IMG/VR virus record: IMGVR_UViG_3300032245_000484
Span: 2,689-66,688 of that record
Length of the DNA stretch: 64,000 bases
Direction: 5' to 3' (one strand)
Source: a virus
Numbering within the stretch: the stretch's first letter is position 1; each line of letters begins with the position of its first letter. Shown here one piece after another: positions 7,829 to 16,684 of the stretch. A program made the translations under genes and the position numbers. The notes below the pieces were generated by a model, which was given only the letters and a program-made list of their open reading frames with translations, did not search any database and had not been told where the DNA came from.

Positions 7829-9140
7829 TTCAATAAACAACATACCGACATACACCGACAATGCGTTTGAGATATCTCGCATTGAACTGCAATCCAATTC
7901 GGGTGGAAAGCCAATCGATCTCATGGAGATATACACGGAGATCGTGATATTCGAATCGATATTCGACAACAAGATGATCGGTGAGATCGTGATCCGAGAT
8001 GCACTGAACTATGCTGAAACACTTCCCATCGTCGGAAACGAATCGATACACATAGAGTACAAGACCAAGGGAGTGATTTGCGATACGGTTACGATCAAGG
8101 GAAAGGTCTTTGCTCCTCTTGGCAAGTCGAGGACTTCCAACGAAAAGACTGAGGTCTACAAGATGCAGTTTGTGTCCGACTTGCAGTTCTACAACAGGAT
8201 GCTGCGGGTGAACACTTCTTATGAAGGTCAAATCACATCTATAGCCTCCAAGATGTTCATTGACCAGTTTGGTGATCAGAATTCCAACAAACTGATGTTC
8301 AATGAGACCAGCATCGGACAGCACAAGTTCGTATTTCCGTACTGGACCCCAATCTTTGCGCTATCGTGGCTTTCTCAAAGAGCATATTGCAACAACCCAT
8401 CATGCTTCGTGTTCTATGAGGATGTTGATGGATTTCACTTTAAGAACCTGCTCAAGGCGATAGAGGCTGATCCGAAGTACACATATCGCGTCGAGCCTAA
8501 GAACGCATACAACCAAGGAACGGTTGAAGGCTTTCTCACTAAGGTGCAGGATTATTCCATCACTTCCTTCTTCGACAGACTTGAAGAGTATGGATCTGGA
8601 ATGTATGCGGGTGGATTGCTGACGCATAACATAACCACCAAGGAATACGAGCCATACACATTCAACTATGGGGACAGTTTCCTCAATAGTCGGCATCTCA
8701 ATCAATATCCCCTGTTCCCGCAGAAGACCACTCTTGGCGATAAATTAAATTCTGCATCATCGGGATTCCGAAATGTGCTTCCCGTACAGTACCGCAAGTT
8801 CAATAGCATCTTGGACAATGAGAAGCCAGATCGATATTTCCTGCAAAGGAGCAGCATACAGAAGCAGTTCACGACATTGAGGGTGACGATGACAGTTCCC
8901 GGTAACTCAAGTCTCCGTCTCCTTGATGTGCTGAACTTCGAACTACCGAAGTCGGGATACCTGGAAAACGCGGAATCCGATTGGCAAGACAAGTATCTGA
9001 GTGGCAAGTACATCATAGTGTCGATGAAGACCATCATAAATAAGGGGAGCGGCTACAACACAGTCGTGGAAATGTCCAAGGATTCACTCGTAGAAGGAAT
9101 CCCAAGCAAGTTTGAGGGAAGTTCCGAAGGAAGAATATAA
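7821..9140 (+). CDS. baseplate hub protein (gp27/gpD-like)
   Basis: IFESIF...G...I.DA......LPI.GNE, FVFYE..DGFHF, VPGNS.L, YLSGKYII; located before gp5. Confidence 0.7.
   Translation: MANSINNIPTYTDNAFEISRIELQSNSGGKPIDLMEIYTEIVIFESIFDNKMIGEIVIRDALNYAETLPIVGNESIHIEYKTKGVICDTVTIKGKVFAPLGKSRTSNEKTEVYKMQFVSDLQFYNRMLRVNTSYEGQITSIASKMFIDQFGDQNSNKLMFNETSIGQHKFVFPYWTPIFALSWLSQRAYCNNPSCFVFYEDVDGFHFKNLLKAIEADPKYTYRVEPKNAYNQGTVEGFLTKVQDYSITSFFDRLEEYGSGMYAGGLLTHNITTKEYEPYTFNYGDSFLNSRHLNQYPLFPQKTTLGDKLNSASSGFRNVLPVQYRKFNSILDNEKPDRYFLQRSSIQKQFTTLRVTMTVPGNSSLRLLDVLNFELPKSGYLENAESDWQDKYLSGKYIIVSMKTIINKGSGYNTVVEMSKDSLVEGIPSKFEGSSEGRI
9036..9042 (+). promoter_or_regulatory. late promoter (ATAAATA) near the end of the hub gene
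   Basis: CATAAATA about 100 nt upstream of the small ORF at 9140 and upstream of gp5. Confidence 0.4.
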
Positions 9141-9295
9141 TGGAGAAAATCATGAGCAACAGTGAAACACCGCATGTAATCACACCACAGGAAATCGAAG
9201 ACAAACTCCGCAAGTTGCCATATACCAAGGAAGAACTTCTTGATTGGGAACGATGGGGCAATGATACCTTTGGATATCCAGAAAGAAAGCGATGA
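9140..9295 (+). CDS. hypothetical protein, 51 aa (not in the ORF track)
   Basis: ATG overlaps the hub gene stop (TAATG); MEKIMSNSETPHVITPQEIEDKLRKLPYTKEELLDWERWGNDTFGYPERKR fills the gap before gp5. Confidence 0.5.
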   Translation: MEKIMSNSETPHVITPQEIEDKLRKLPYTKEELLDWERWGNDTFGYPERKR

Positions 9296-9298
9296 TAG

Positions 9299-10423
9299 AT
9301 GGTAGACTTCATGGGTCAGTCCGGATTCGTCTGGTGGTTCGGTGTCGTTGAGGACATTGATGACCCATTGAAACTTGGTAGAGTTCGCGTCCGGGTCTTC
9401 GGCTATCATCCAGAGGACAAGGGAACTCTCAGGACAGCCGATCTTCCTTGGGCGCACCCCCTACAGGACATAACGAATGCATCCATCAGTGGCGTGGGAA
9501 GATCTCCCACAGGTCTTGTCATGGGATCGCATGTATTCGGATTCTTTCGAGACGGATACGATGCACAGCAGCCAATCGTGATGATGTCGGTGGGTGGCAT
9601 ACCATCCGATGTGGCAAATTCACAATTAGGATTCAACGATCCGACTGGAATCTATCCTACGGAGAAGGATGTTCCCGACACCAACAGGCTTGCCAGGGGT
9701 GAAGAGACTGATAAGACGGTGATTGAGAGCAGGAACAACAACCGCAAGAAGGATGTTCTGGTTGCTCTTGATGGGCTGGATCAGCAGAAATGGTCTGAAC
9801 CAGAATCTCCGTACAAGACGAAGTATCCGAACAACAAGGTCTTTGCAACGAAGTCGGGGATGGTCGAGGAGTGGGACGATACGCCAGAAAAGGAACGACA
9901 TCATACCTATCATCCATCGGGAAGTTTTGAGGAAGTTGGTAATGGGTGGAGCAAGGATCCGAACGGAACTCGCGTACACAAGGTGGTTGGGAACAACTAT
10001 GAGATACATGCTGGAGACGATTTCATACACATCAAGGGAAATGCGAAGATAACACTTGATGGTTCTGCGAGCATCTATGTCGGTGCTGGCGAAGACAAGG
10101 GCAGCATGAACATTCAGGTTGACAAGGATGTCAATCTATATGTCAAGGGAAACATCAAGGGAACCGTCGAGGGGGACATGAGCCTCAAGGTTCTCGGAGA
10201 CTATAGGGAAACCATCGCGGGTAACAAGTATACCTCCGTGGCTGGAAATGTGATTACCGAATCTCAGTCGAAGATAGTTTCCAAATCCATGCTAGACACC
10301 ATAGTCAAGACTGAATCCAGTTCCGAACTGTTCCTGTCGGGTAGTGGACGCGCAATGAAGTTGAACTCATTCGGTCGTTCAAGATTCACCGATCCAACAA
10401 TTCCTCCGGAAGTATCACCATGA
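9299..10423 (+). CDS. gp5: baseplate hub / central spike, no lysozyme domain
   Basis: FVWWFGVVED..DPLKLGRVRVRVFG.H, LPWA, V.GFF.DG..AQ.P (OB fold); YP.N.V..T.SG...E.DDTP..ER; beta-helix repeats. Confidence 0.9.
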   Translation: MVDFMGQSGFVWWFGVVEDIDDPLKLGRVRVRVFGYHPEDKGTLRTADLPWAHPLQDITNASISGVGRSPTGLVMGSHVFGFFRDGYDAQQPIVMMSVGGIPSDVANSQLGFNDPTGIYPTEKDVPDTNRLARGEETDKTVIESRNNNRKKDVLVALDGLDQQKWSEPESPYKTKYPNNKVFATKSGMVEEWDDTPEKERHHTYHPSGSFEEVGNGWSKDPNGTRVHKVVGNNYEIHAGDDFIHIKGNAKITLDGSASIYVGAGEDKGSMNIQVDKDVNLYVKGNIKGTVEGDMSLKVLGDYRETIAGNKYTSVAGNVITESQSKIVSKSMLDTIVKTESSSELFLSGSGRAMKLNSFGRSRFTDPTIPPEVSP

Positions 10424-10617
10424 GCCATCTTCGCTGGTCTGGAGTTTTTGATCTATACAAGGTCTATGAACCCGGTGATGTCGTTCTTTCCGTAGATGAT
10501 GGATTCACCTATGTGTGCATATTCCAAACCCAAGGTTTTCCCCCACAGATAGAGAACTCGGGATTCGAACTGCTTTCCAGTTTCACCATCACGGAGATAG
10601 ATGGAGGCGAGTTCTGA
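10420..10617 (+). CDS. small virion protein, carbohydrate-binding-module-like
   Basis: W.G......Y.PGDVV.....G..YVC pattern and C-terminal IDGGEF; ATGA overlap with gp5. Confidence 0.55.
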   Translation: MSHLRWSGVFDLYKVYEPGDVVLSVDDGFTYVCIFQTQGFPPQIENSGFELLSSFTITEIDGGEF

Positions 10618-10874
10618 TGCCTAATGTAGGACGGGTGGGGGATTATGCTGGAGGGGCGATCTTGGACGGGGCGAATAGCGTGACCGTGAATGATCTACCT
10701 GTCGCAAGAATAGGAAGCAATATCGCAGATCACGGCATACTTTCCCATGATGCTGCCCATATGGCTATGGGTACTCCAGATGTCACTGCGGAAGACCTTC
10801 CCATATGTGTGACAGGACACACAGCGACATGTGGTCATCAATTGATTTCAAATAGCGATGTGGAGGCAGACTGA
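10617..10874 (+). CDS. PAAR-like spike tip protein (gp5.4-like)
   Basis: MPNVGRVGD..GG.I..G..SV.VN..PVARIG...H....H...G...CGH; start placed at the TGATG junction. Confidence 0.8.
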   Translation: MPNVGRVGDYAGGAILDGANSVTVNDLPVARIGSNIADHGILSHDAAHMAMGTPDVTAEDLPICVTGHTATCGHQLISNSDVEAD

Positions 10875-11734
10875 TGAGTTGCGGCGACCAAGTTTCACCA
10901 AACTATCCAAATATATTCGATCCGGCAAATTGTAGCCTTATTTCTCAGTTACTTCCTGCCACCCAAAAGCAGTTCTTGTTCGACTTCATGAACGGGAATG
11001 CCTTCCGCAATCCCATTGCACAGGTAACGGGACTTCTTCAGAACAAGATTGGAGCAAACCTCAATACCATTGCGGGCATCACTGCGCTATCTGGAGATTT
11101 GGCTGAACTTAATGCAGCACTGACAACTGCAAACGGGGAAATGGATGCATTCCTAGCCCATACCAACAGACTAAGTGGTCTGACCAAGAATGGTGGGGCA
11201 TCCCTTGATCAGATCCTCGGGGTGATGTCTGCCTACAATTCAATCAAGTATCTGCTCAAGAACTCAGGAGACTGCCTTGAAGACAACTTTTCGCGGGCAT
11301 TCTCTTCATTGAATCCACAGATCACAGGACCGTTCTTTGAGAATTTTGGGCAGAACATGAATAAGATTTCGGGAGTACTTGCAGAGATTCAGAATCAACT
11401 CGCTATGGGTGGAGCAACGGATCTAGCAGATCTTTTCGGGCAACTTGCCACTCTTACTGCCAATATTGGTGCATTGACAAGCAATATAAAGGCATTGATG
11501 CAGAGCGACAACGATGCATTTGCGTTGGCTCTTGCCTTTGTCGAACGGTATGCATTGGGCAACAGCCTGATCTCGACTGTATTGACAGATCCATGCTTTG
11601 GAGCGCAACTCGCAAAGAATCTCATAACTAATCCCGAGGCAAGTCAGCAACTTGATGGAATTGCCAAGGAAAGCGGAGTTGCGGTCGGTGGTTCGCCTGT
11701 GAATATGCTGGACTTTGTCCCAAGCCTCAAATAG
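10874..11734 (+). CDS. hypothetical helical virion protein
   Basis: 286 aa amphipathic Leu/Ala/Asn-rich ORF coupled to the PAAR gene; DPC motif near the C-terminus. Confidence 0.6.
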   Translation: MSCGDQVSPNYPNIFDPANCSLISQLLPATQKQFLFDFMNGNAFRNPIAQVTGLLQNKIGANLNTIAGITALSGDLAELNAALTTANGEMDAFLAHTNRLSGLTKNGGASLDQILGVMSAYNSIKYLLKNSGDCLEDNFSRAFSSLNPQITGPFFENFGQNMNKISGVLAEIQNQLAMGGATDLADLFGQLATLTANIGALTSNIKALMQSDNDAFALALAFVERYALGNSLISTVLTDPCFGAQLAKNLITNPEASQQLDGIAKESGVAVGGSPVNMLDFVPSLK

Positions 11735-11736
11735 GG

Positions 11737-11743
11737 CTAAATA
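11737..11743 (+). promoter_or_regulatory. late promoter variant CTAAATA
   Basis: Intergenic, upstream of the holin-like gene. Confidence 0.5.
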
Positions 11744-11808
11744 CCCACAGGAACTTGCCTTATCAAACTATCAGTGATTTATAGATATTTTGATAAATCG
11801 GAGGTTAC

Positions 11809-12438
11809 ATGGAAACAGAGAAGATTGGCGAGTGGTTTCAACTGGGCATCATGGGAGCAACCGTACTTGCCGGATTTATCTATGGCTTACGAAAAGCCTA
11901 CAAGGCAATTTCCAAGAGTAGAACTCAAAGGAATGAAGAGAGATTCAGTCAAGTCAATATGAGGATATGGGAGGCATTGAGTGAGATTCGCCTCACTCAT
12001 GGAGCATCTCGTATCTCCTTGACCCAGTTCCACAATGGCGGCAAGTTTGTGGATGGATCTTCGATGCGGAAGATGAGCATCTCCCATCAGTCCTGCGATT
12101 CAAAGATAGCCTCCACAATGCAGTTCCGACAGGATGTCCTCGTAAGTAGGTTCGTTGAGATCATCGACATCCTGCACGACAACGATCCGAGGCTAAGACT
12201 TCTTTCCAACTTCGGCGAATCAAACAGCAAGAAGTTCTATCAACTCCATGATACGGTGGCTGTGTCCATTTTACCCGTATATTCTTCTGATAGTATGCTG
12301 GTTTACGGCTACATATCTGTTGAGTGGTGTGACTTGGGAAGTTTGGACAAGGTAAACGAAAAGGAACTTACCCAGGATCTTGAGAATGCAAGGAGTCAGA
12401 TTGCCTTCCTGCTCAATTCATCCAAAGACTACAGATGA
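11809..12438 (+). CDS. putative holin (single TM helix plus GAF-like domain, T4 T-like architecture)
   Basis: N-terminal TM segment (FQLGIMGATVLAGFIYGL), basic stop-transfer residues, then ASRI..TQFHNGG...S and a GAF-like LPVY...YGYISVEW; GGAGG RBS. Confidence 0.45.
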   Translation: METEKIGEWFQLGIMGATVLAGFIYGLRKAYKAISKSRTQRNEERFSQVNMRIWEALSEIRLTHGASRISLTQFHNGGKFVDGSSMRKMSISHQSCDSKIASTMQFRQDVLVSRFVEIIDILHDNDPRLRLLSNFGESNSKKFYQLHDTVAVSILPVYSSDSMLVYGYISVEWCDLGSLDKVNEKELTQDLENARSQIAFLLNSSKDYR

Positions 12439-12833
12439 CAGATTTCCTTCGTAAGAACCTATTCAAAGACCTTGACCTAGACTTCTCTCCAAATCCCGTC
12501 ACTGCCGATGTTCCGCAGAAGGTGGATGCTGAGGCAGTGAAGAGGGCTGTTCGTAACTTGGTTCTAATGTCCAAGTACGACAAGCCGTTCAAGCCCGAGA
12601 TAGACTGCCGCATAAGCCGACTTCTATTTGAACCAGCCTCACCACTAGTAGCAATGGCAATCCGTTCCAACATCAAGGATATACTCACCCGCTATGAGCC
12701 ACGGGCAAGGATAAACGATATACAGGTCGTGTTCGATGAGCAATACAACTCGTTCAATGTCACTGTATCCTTTGCCATGCTCAACTCGCGCGAGATATCG
12801 AAGGTATTTGTAAGCATAGAAAGGCTTAGATAA
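12435..12833 (+). CDS. gp25: baseplate wedge subunit
   Basis: FKDLDLDF..NPVT.D......AVKRAVRNLV, PF.P.I, LLFEP, YEPR, C-terminal ERLR. Confidence 0.92.
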   Translation: MTDFLRKNLFKDLDLDFSPNPVTADVPQKVDAEAVKRAVRNLVLMSKYDKPFKPEIDCRISRLLFEPASPLVAMAIRSNIKDILTRYEPRARINDIQVVFDEQYNSFNVTVSFAMLNSREISKVFVSIERLR

Positions 12834-14668
12834 TGCCAAATCGCACGCTCATTCCAGTCACTCAACTAGACTTCGATGGCATCAAGCAGAATCTGAAGAA
12901 CTATCTGTCCACGACTCAGGAGTTCTCCGATTACGACTATGAGGGGGCGGGCATCAATGTCCTTCTTGACCTTCTTGCATACAATACCCACTATACCGCA
13001 ATGTATGCAAACATGCTTGCGGCTGAATCCTTCATCGATTCTGCCGTCATGCGGAAGTCCATTGTCTCGCTTGCCAAGAACCTAGGATATATCCCGAACT
13101 CAAGGAATGCCGCTATTGCGACAGTCTCGTTGTCTTTCGGTGCCACGGCAGGGGTTCCGAGTAGCGTTCCAACAGGAACTAACTTCACTGCGACCAAGAA
13201 TGGTTCCGAATATGTGTTCACTACCACGGAGCCATATCAGATAGACAAGAGCAGTGTTCCCTATACCTGCAACAACATCGACATCCATCAGGGAAAGTAC
13301 AAGAGCATCTCGTTCGTATATGATCCCGACAGCAACATGACGAAGTTTGAGATTCCCTTCCCGAGCATCGATAAGAGTCTCATCAGAGTCTATGTCATGA
13401 AGTCTCCTTCGGATCTAGCAAGCGCAGACTTCACTTGGAGAGAGAATACCGACTATCTTGAACTTGATTCGACTAGCAAGGTCTACTTCATCAACGAGAA
13501 CTATCGCGGAAACTATCAGGTTTCCTTTGGTGATGGCATCATCGGTACGACACCCGAGAAGGGCAACTACATCGTGGTTGTATTCTTCGAAACCAATGGT
13601 GTTGAGGGAAATGACATCGGAAAGGGAGATAGCAGCACTTCTTCCTTCGTGTTCTCTGGTATTGGTGGCAACGCATACAATGCGACCGTCACTACGGTCA
13701 CTCCTTCCTATGGTGGTGCTGAAAGGGACACCGAGGATAAGATCCGATATACCGCTCCGAAGTACTATCAGTCTCAGAACAGGACCGTCACGGCATATGA
13801 CTATGAGAGCATCATATTGCGCGAATATCCCGATGCGGAAGCCGTGAGGGTCTGGGGTGGAGATGAAAATGATCCACCCGAGTATGGAAAGGTATACATC
13901 TCCATCATCCCGAAGAACTCTCGCGTCCTCAGCGATGCACAGAAGGAAAGCCTCGTCAAGAATGTCCTGAATAAGAAGAAGATCGTGACAGTAACGGCTG
14001 AAGTGCTGGATGTTGACTACACCTATGTCCTGATAGAGTGCTTCGCCACATACAACTCTTCGCTTGCATACACCTCCGAGCAGTCGATTCGTGATGCTAT
14101 CCGAGCAGCAATAGAGTCATATTCGACTCTTTCGCTACAGACATTCAATGCCTCATTCAGGTATTCGGTTCTTTCAAGGCAGATCGATCTCTCCAGCAAC
14201 TCGCTGGTCAGCAATAGAATCAATACTCGCCTAGCCAAGAGAATAATCCCGATATATGGAACGGCAAACTATACCCTTGAGTATGGGGCGGCACTTAATC
14301 ATCCCTTTGATGGAAATCCATCGGTAATAAGCACATCCATCTTTCAGCACCGCGATATGGACAATGTCGTGAGGGATTGCTTCATAGAGGACAATGGTCG
14401 TGGTAGATTGGTAATGTATAGAATGGAAAATGGTTCTAAGAAGACGGTATATCCAAACATAGGAACCGTTGATTATTCCACGGGCAAAGTGAACCTGACG
14501 GCATTCTCTCCAACAGGCACAGGAACCCTCACATACATCAACTTCACGGTAGTTCCCGATCAAAAGTTCGACATCATACCCAAGAGGAACCAAGTCCTTC
14601 TTGTGGACATGAACTCACCCGATTCCACCACCATAAACTTGCAGGACGCTGCGGTTAGAGGGGTCTGA
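12833..14668 (+). CDS. gp6: baseplate wedge subunit
   Basis: LDFD.IK.NLK.YL, F.DYD.EG....LLD.LAYNTHY, FGDG..G, Q.R.VTA.DY, WGGDENDPP.YGKVYI. Confidence 0.93.
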   Translation: MPNRTLIPVTQLDFDGIKQNLKNYLSTTQEFSDYDYEGAGINVLLDLLAYNTHYTAMYANMLAAESFIDSAVMRKSIVSLAKNLGYIPNSRNAAIATVSLSFGATAGVPSSVPTGTNFTATKNGSEYVFTTTEPYQIDKSSVPYTCNNIDIHQGKYKSISFVYDPDSNMTKFEIPFPSIDKSLIRVYVMKSPSDLASADFTWRENTDYLELDSTSKVYFINENYRGNYQVSFGDGIIGTTPEKGNYIVVVFFETNGVEGNDIGKGDSSTSSFVFSGIGGNAYNATVTTVTPSYGGAERDTEDKIRYTAPKYYQSQNRTVTAYDYESIILREYPDAEAVRVWGGDENDPPEYGKVYISIIPKNSRVLSDAQKESLVKNVLNKKKIVTVTAEVLDVDYTYVLIECFATYNSSLAYTSEQSIRDAIRAAIESYSTLSLQTFNASFRYSVLSRQIDLSSNSLVSNRINTRLAKRIIPIYGTANYTLEYGAALNHPFDGNPSVISTSIFQHRDMDNVVRDCFIEDNGRGRLVMYRMENGSKKTVYPNIGTVDYSTGKVNLTAFSPTGTGTLTYINFTVVPDQKFDIIPKRNQVLLVDMNSPDSTTINLQDAAVRGV

Positions 14669-16683
14669 TGCCACTAGCCCAACTACCACTTCTCTTTGGC
14701 GGAACTGGTGCGCTAGTTGAGGCTGAAAACCTCAGACTATCTGAGGAATCTCCTCGCGTCATCAAGAGATTTGGTCCGAGCAATCTGATCGTCAATCAGG
14801 TTCCTGCTTTCATAAATCGCGATCATGAGTTGTTCCGCAGGTTCGTTGAGGCATACTATGAGTGGATGGAGCAGTATCAGAATGCATTCGGAATCATCGA
14901 CGCATTCACCGAACTCACCGATATAGACGAGACTCTTGGTCTGTTCTTCGGTGAGTTCCGAGCAATGTACCTACAGAACTTCCCCTCGCAACTGGCTACG
15001 GATGAGAATGGGAATGTGATCAGTGAAGCCAACTTCCTCAAGAATGTGCGCAACTTCTATGGTTCCAAGGGAACTGAAAAGGCATATCGTTTCCTCTTCA
15101 GATTGCTCTACAATGTCTATTCCGAGGTCAAGTATCCTGGTGAGGACATATTGAAGTGTTCCCACGGAAAGTGGATCGAAAGGCAATCGCTGAAGGTCAC
15201 AAGCAGTGGAGGAACTGCAAACTTTGCAATGGCGGGCAATCAGGTCTATCAGATGGATCCAGTCACAGGAAATGTATCTGGTTCCGCTATTGTGACCGAG
15301 GTCACTCAATATACGAAGAAATACTATGAAGTCACTGAAGTCTTCATAAAGAACATATTTGGAACATTCGATGCTTCCAGAAAACTGTATTGCAATGTGA
15401 ACGGAGCGATCCTGGAGGAAAGCATATATCCCGTAGTCACGGAGATAACGGTCCGCAATGGTGGTTCTGGCTATGACATCATAGATGATGTTGTCATCAA
15501 CAACAGCGAGAATGGAATCGGTCTTGTAGCAGCCATAGAACTGCTCGACACCAAAGGCAAGATCAAGATCATAAAGGTTCTTGATTCTGGTATTGGATAC
15601 ATCGACGGATTCACTTCGACTGTCGTATCAAATACCGGTGATGGCAAGGCATCCCTCACTCCAGTGATCGGTGCCGTTACCCATTATGCTGGCTACTATG
15701 CGAACAATAATGGCAAGTTGAGTTCCAACAAGAAGTTGTTCGATGGAGACTACTATCAGGATTTCTCATATGCCCTGAAGAGCGAGATATCTTTCTCAAC
15801 ATATAAGGAACTCTACAAGAAACTGGTTCATCCCGCAGGATTCAAGATGTTTGGCGAGATCCTGATGCGGCGTAACATGATCGACAATCTCCCGTTCCAT
15901 TCGGAGATGCAGCGGTATGAGATTCCATACATCGGTCACTATACTCCATACAGGATGGGTACTACTGCCGATCTATACAGCGTGTATCCGAGCGGATTCA
16001 ATCCACGCGGAAACACATACAGCACCTATCAGAACTATGGACAGACGGGTGGAAAACTATTCGTCAAGCCAGTCGGATTCACATTCATCGAAGGAACGGT
16101 TTGGACGACGATTGGAGCAACGGGTATCGGTGGAACTGGTATTTCGGGTTCCGTGTTTGAGTTCCGAGTGCTGAACAGCGGAGGAACCTATGGTGTCCTG
16201 CTTCTAAAGGGAATAGATTTCAATACGGCATCTGCTTCGGTGACGGGACCGGGATTCCTTGAGGGTGCCACATTCAGGATGTATACGGCATCCGCTGGCT
16301 TCACCGCAACAATCGACCGTGTTCGATATGGAGTCGGAATCGTACCCGAAACTGGTGGCTATACACACAATCCACAGGGCGCACCGCTTGGAAGCAGTCT
16401 TGGAGTTGAGGGATACATAGAAGCGAAGGGATTGAGTTATTCGTATTGGCGCGTCTACCACCATCCGAACATCCGTGGAATATATGGATTGACGGGTGTT
16501 TGGAACGGATTGACGGGAGCGGGTGCATCCTTCGGATCGGTAGCACTCAAGCCATTCTTCAAGATGCCAATAGGATATCACTTCCATTCCAACTCCGTAG
16601 GAACTCCATATCAGGGAACCACGGGAGCCGATCTAGAATATGGTCTGATCGAAAGCACAACCCTAGTATCACCGAACTTCTAA
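14668..16683 (+). CDS. gp7: baseplate wedge initiator (gp7-like)
   Basis: Q.P.F...D...F..F..AYYEW, FY.SKGTE....FLFRLLY, YYQDFSY..KS, VHPAG.K.FG; located between gp6 and gp8. Confidence 0.75.
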   Translation: MPLAQLPLLFGGTGALVEAENLRLSEESPRVIKRFGPSNLIVNQVPAFINRDHELFRRFVEAYYEWMEQYQNAFGIIDAFTELTDIDETLGLFFGEFRAMYLQNFPSQLATDENGNVISEANFLKNVRNFYGSKGTEKAYRFLFRLLYNVYSEVKYPGEDILKCSHGKWIERQSLKVTSSGGTANFAMAGNQVYQMDPVTGNVSGSAIVTEVTQYTKKYYEVTEVFIKNIFGTFDASRKLYCNVNGAILEESIYPVVTEITVRNGGSGYDIIDDVVINNSENGIGLVAAIELLDTKGKIKIIKVLDSGIGYIDGFTSTVVSNTGDGKASLTPVIGAVTHYAGYYANNNGKLSSNKKLFDGDYYQDFSYALKSEISFSTYKELYKKLVHPAGFKMFGEILMRRNMIDNLPFHSEMQRYEIPYIGHYTPYRMGTTADLYSVYPSGFNPRGNTYSTYQNYGQTGGKLFVKPVGFTFIEGTVWTTIGATGIGGTGISGSVFEFRVLNSGGTYGVLLLKGIDFNTASASVTGPGFLEGATFRMYTASAGFTATIDRVRYGVGIVPETGGYTHNPQGAPLGSSLGVEGYIEAKGLSYSYWRVYHHPNIRGIYGLTGVWNGLTGAGASFGSVALKPFFKMPIGYHFHSNSVGTPYQGTTGADLEYGLIESTTLVSPNF

Positions 16684-16684
16684 T

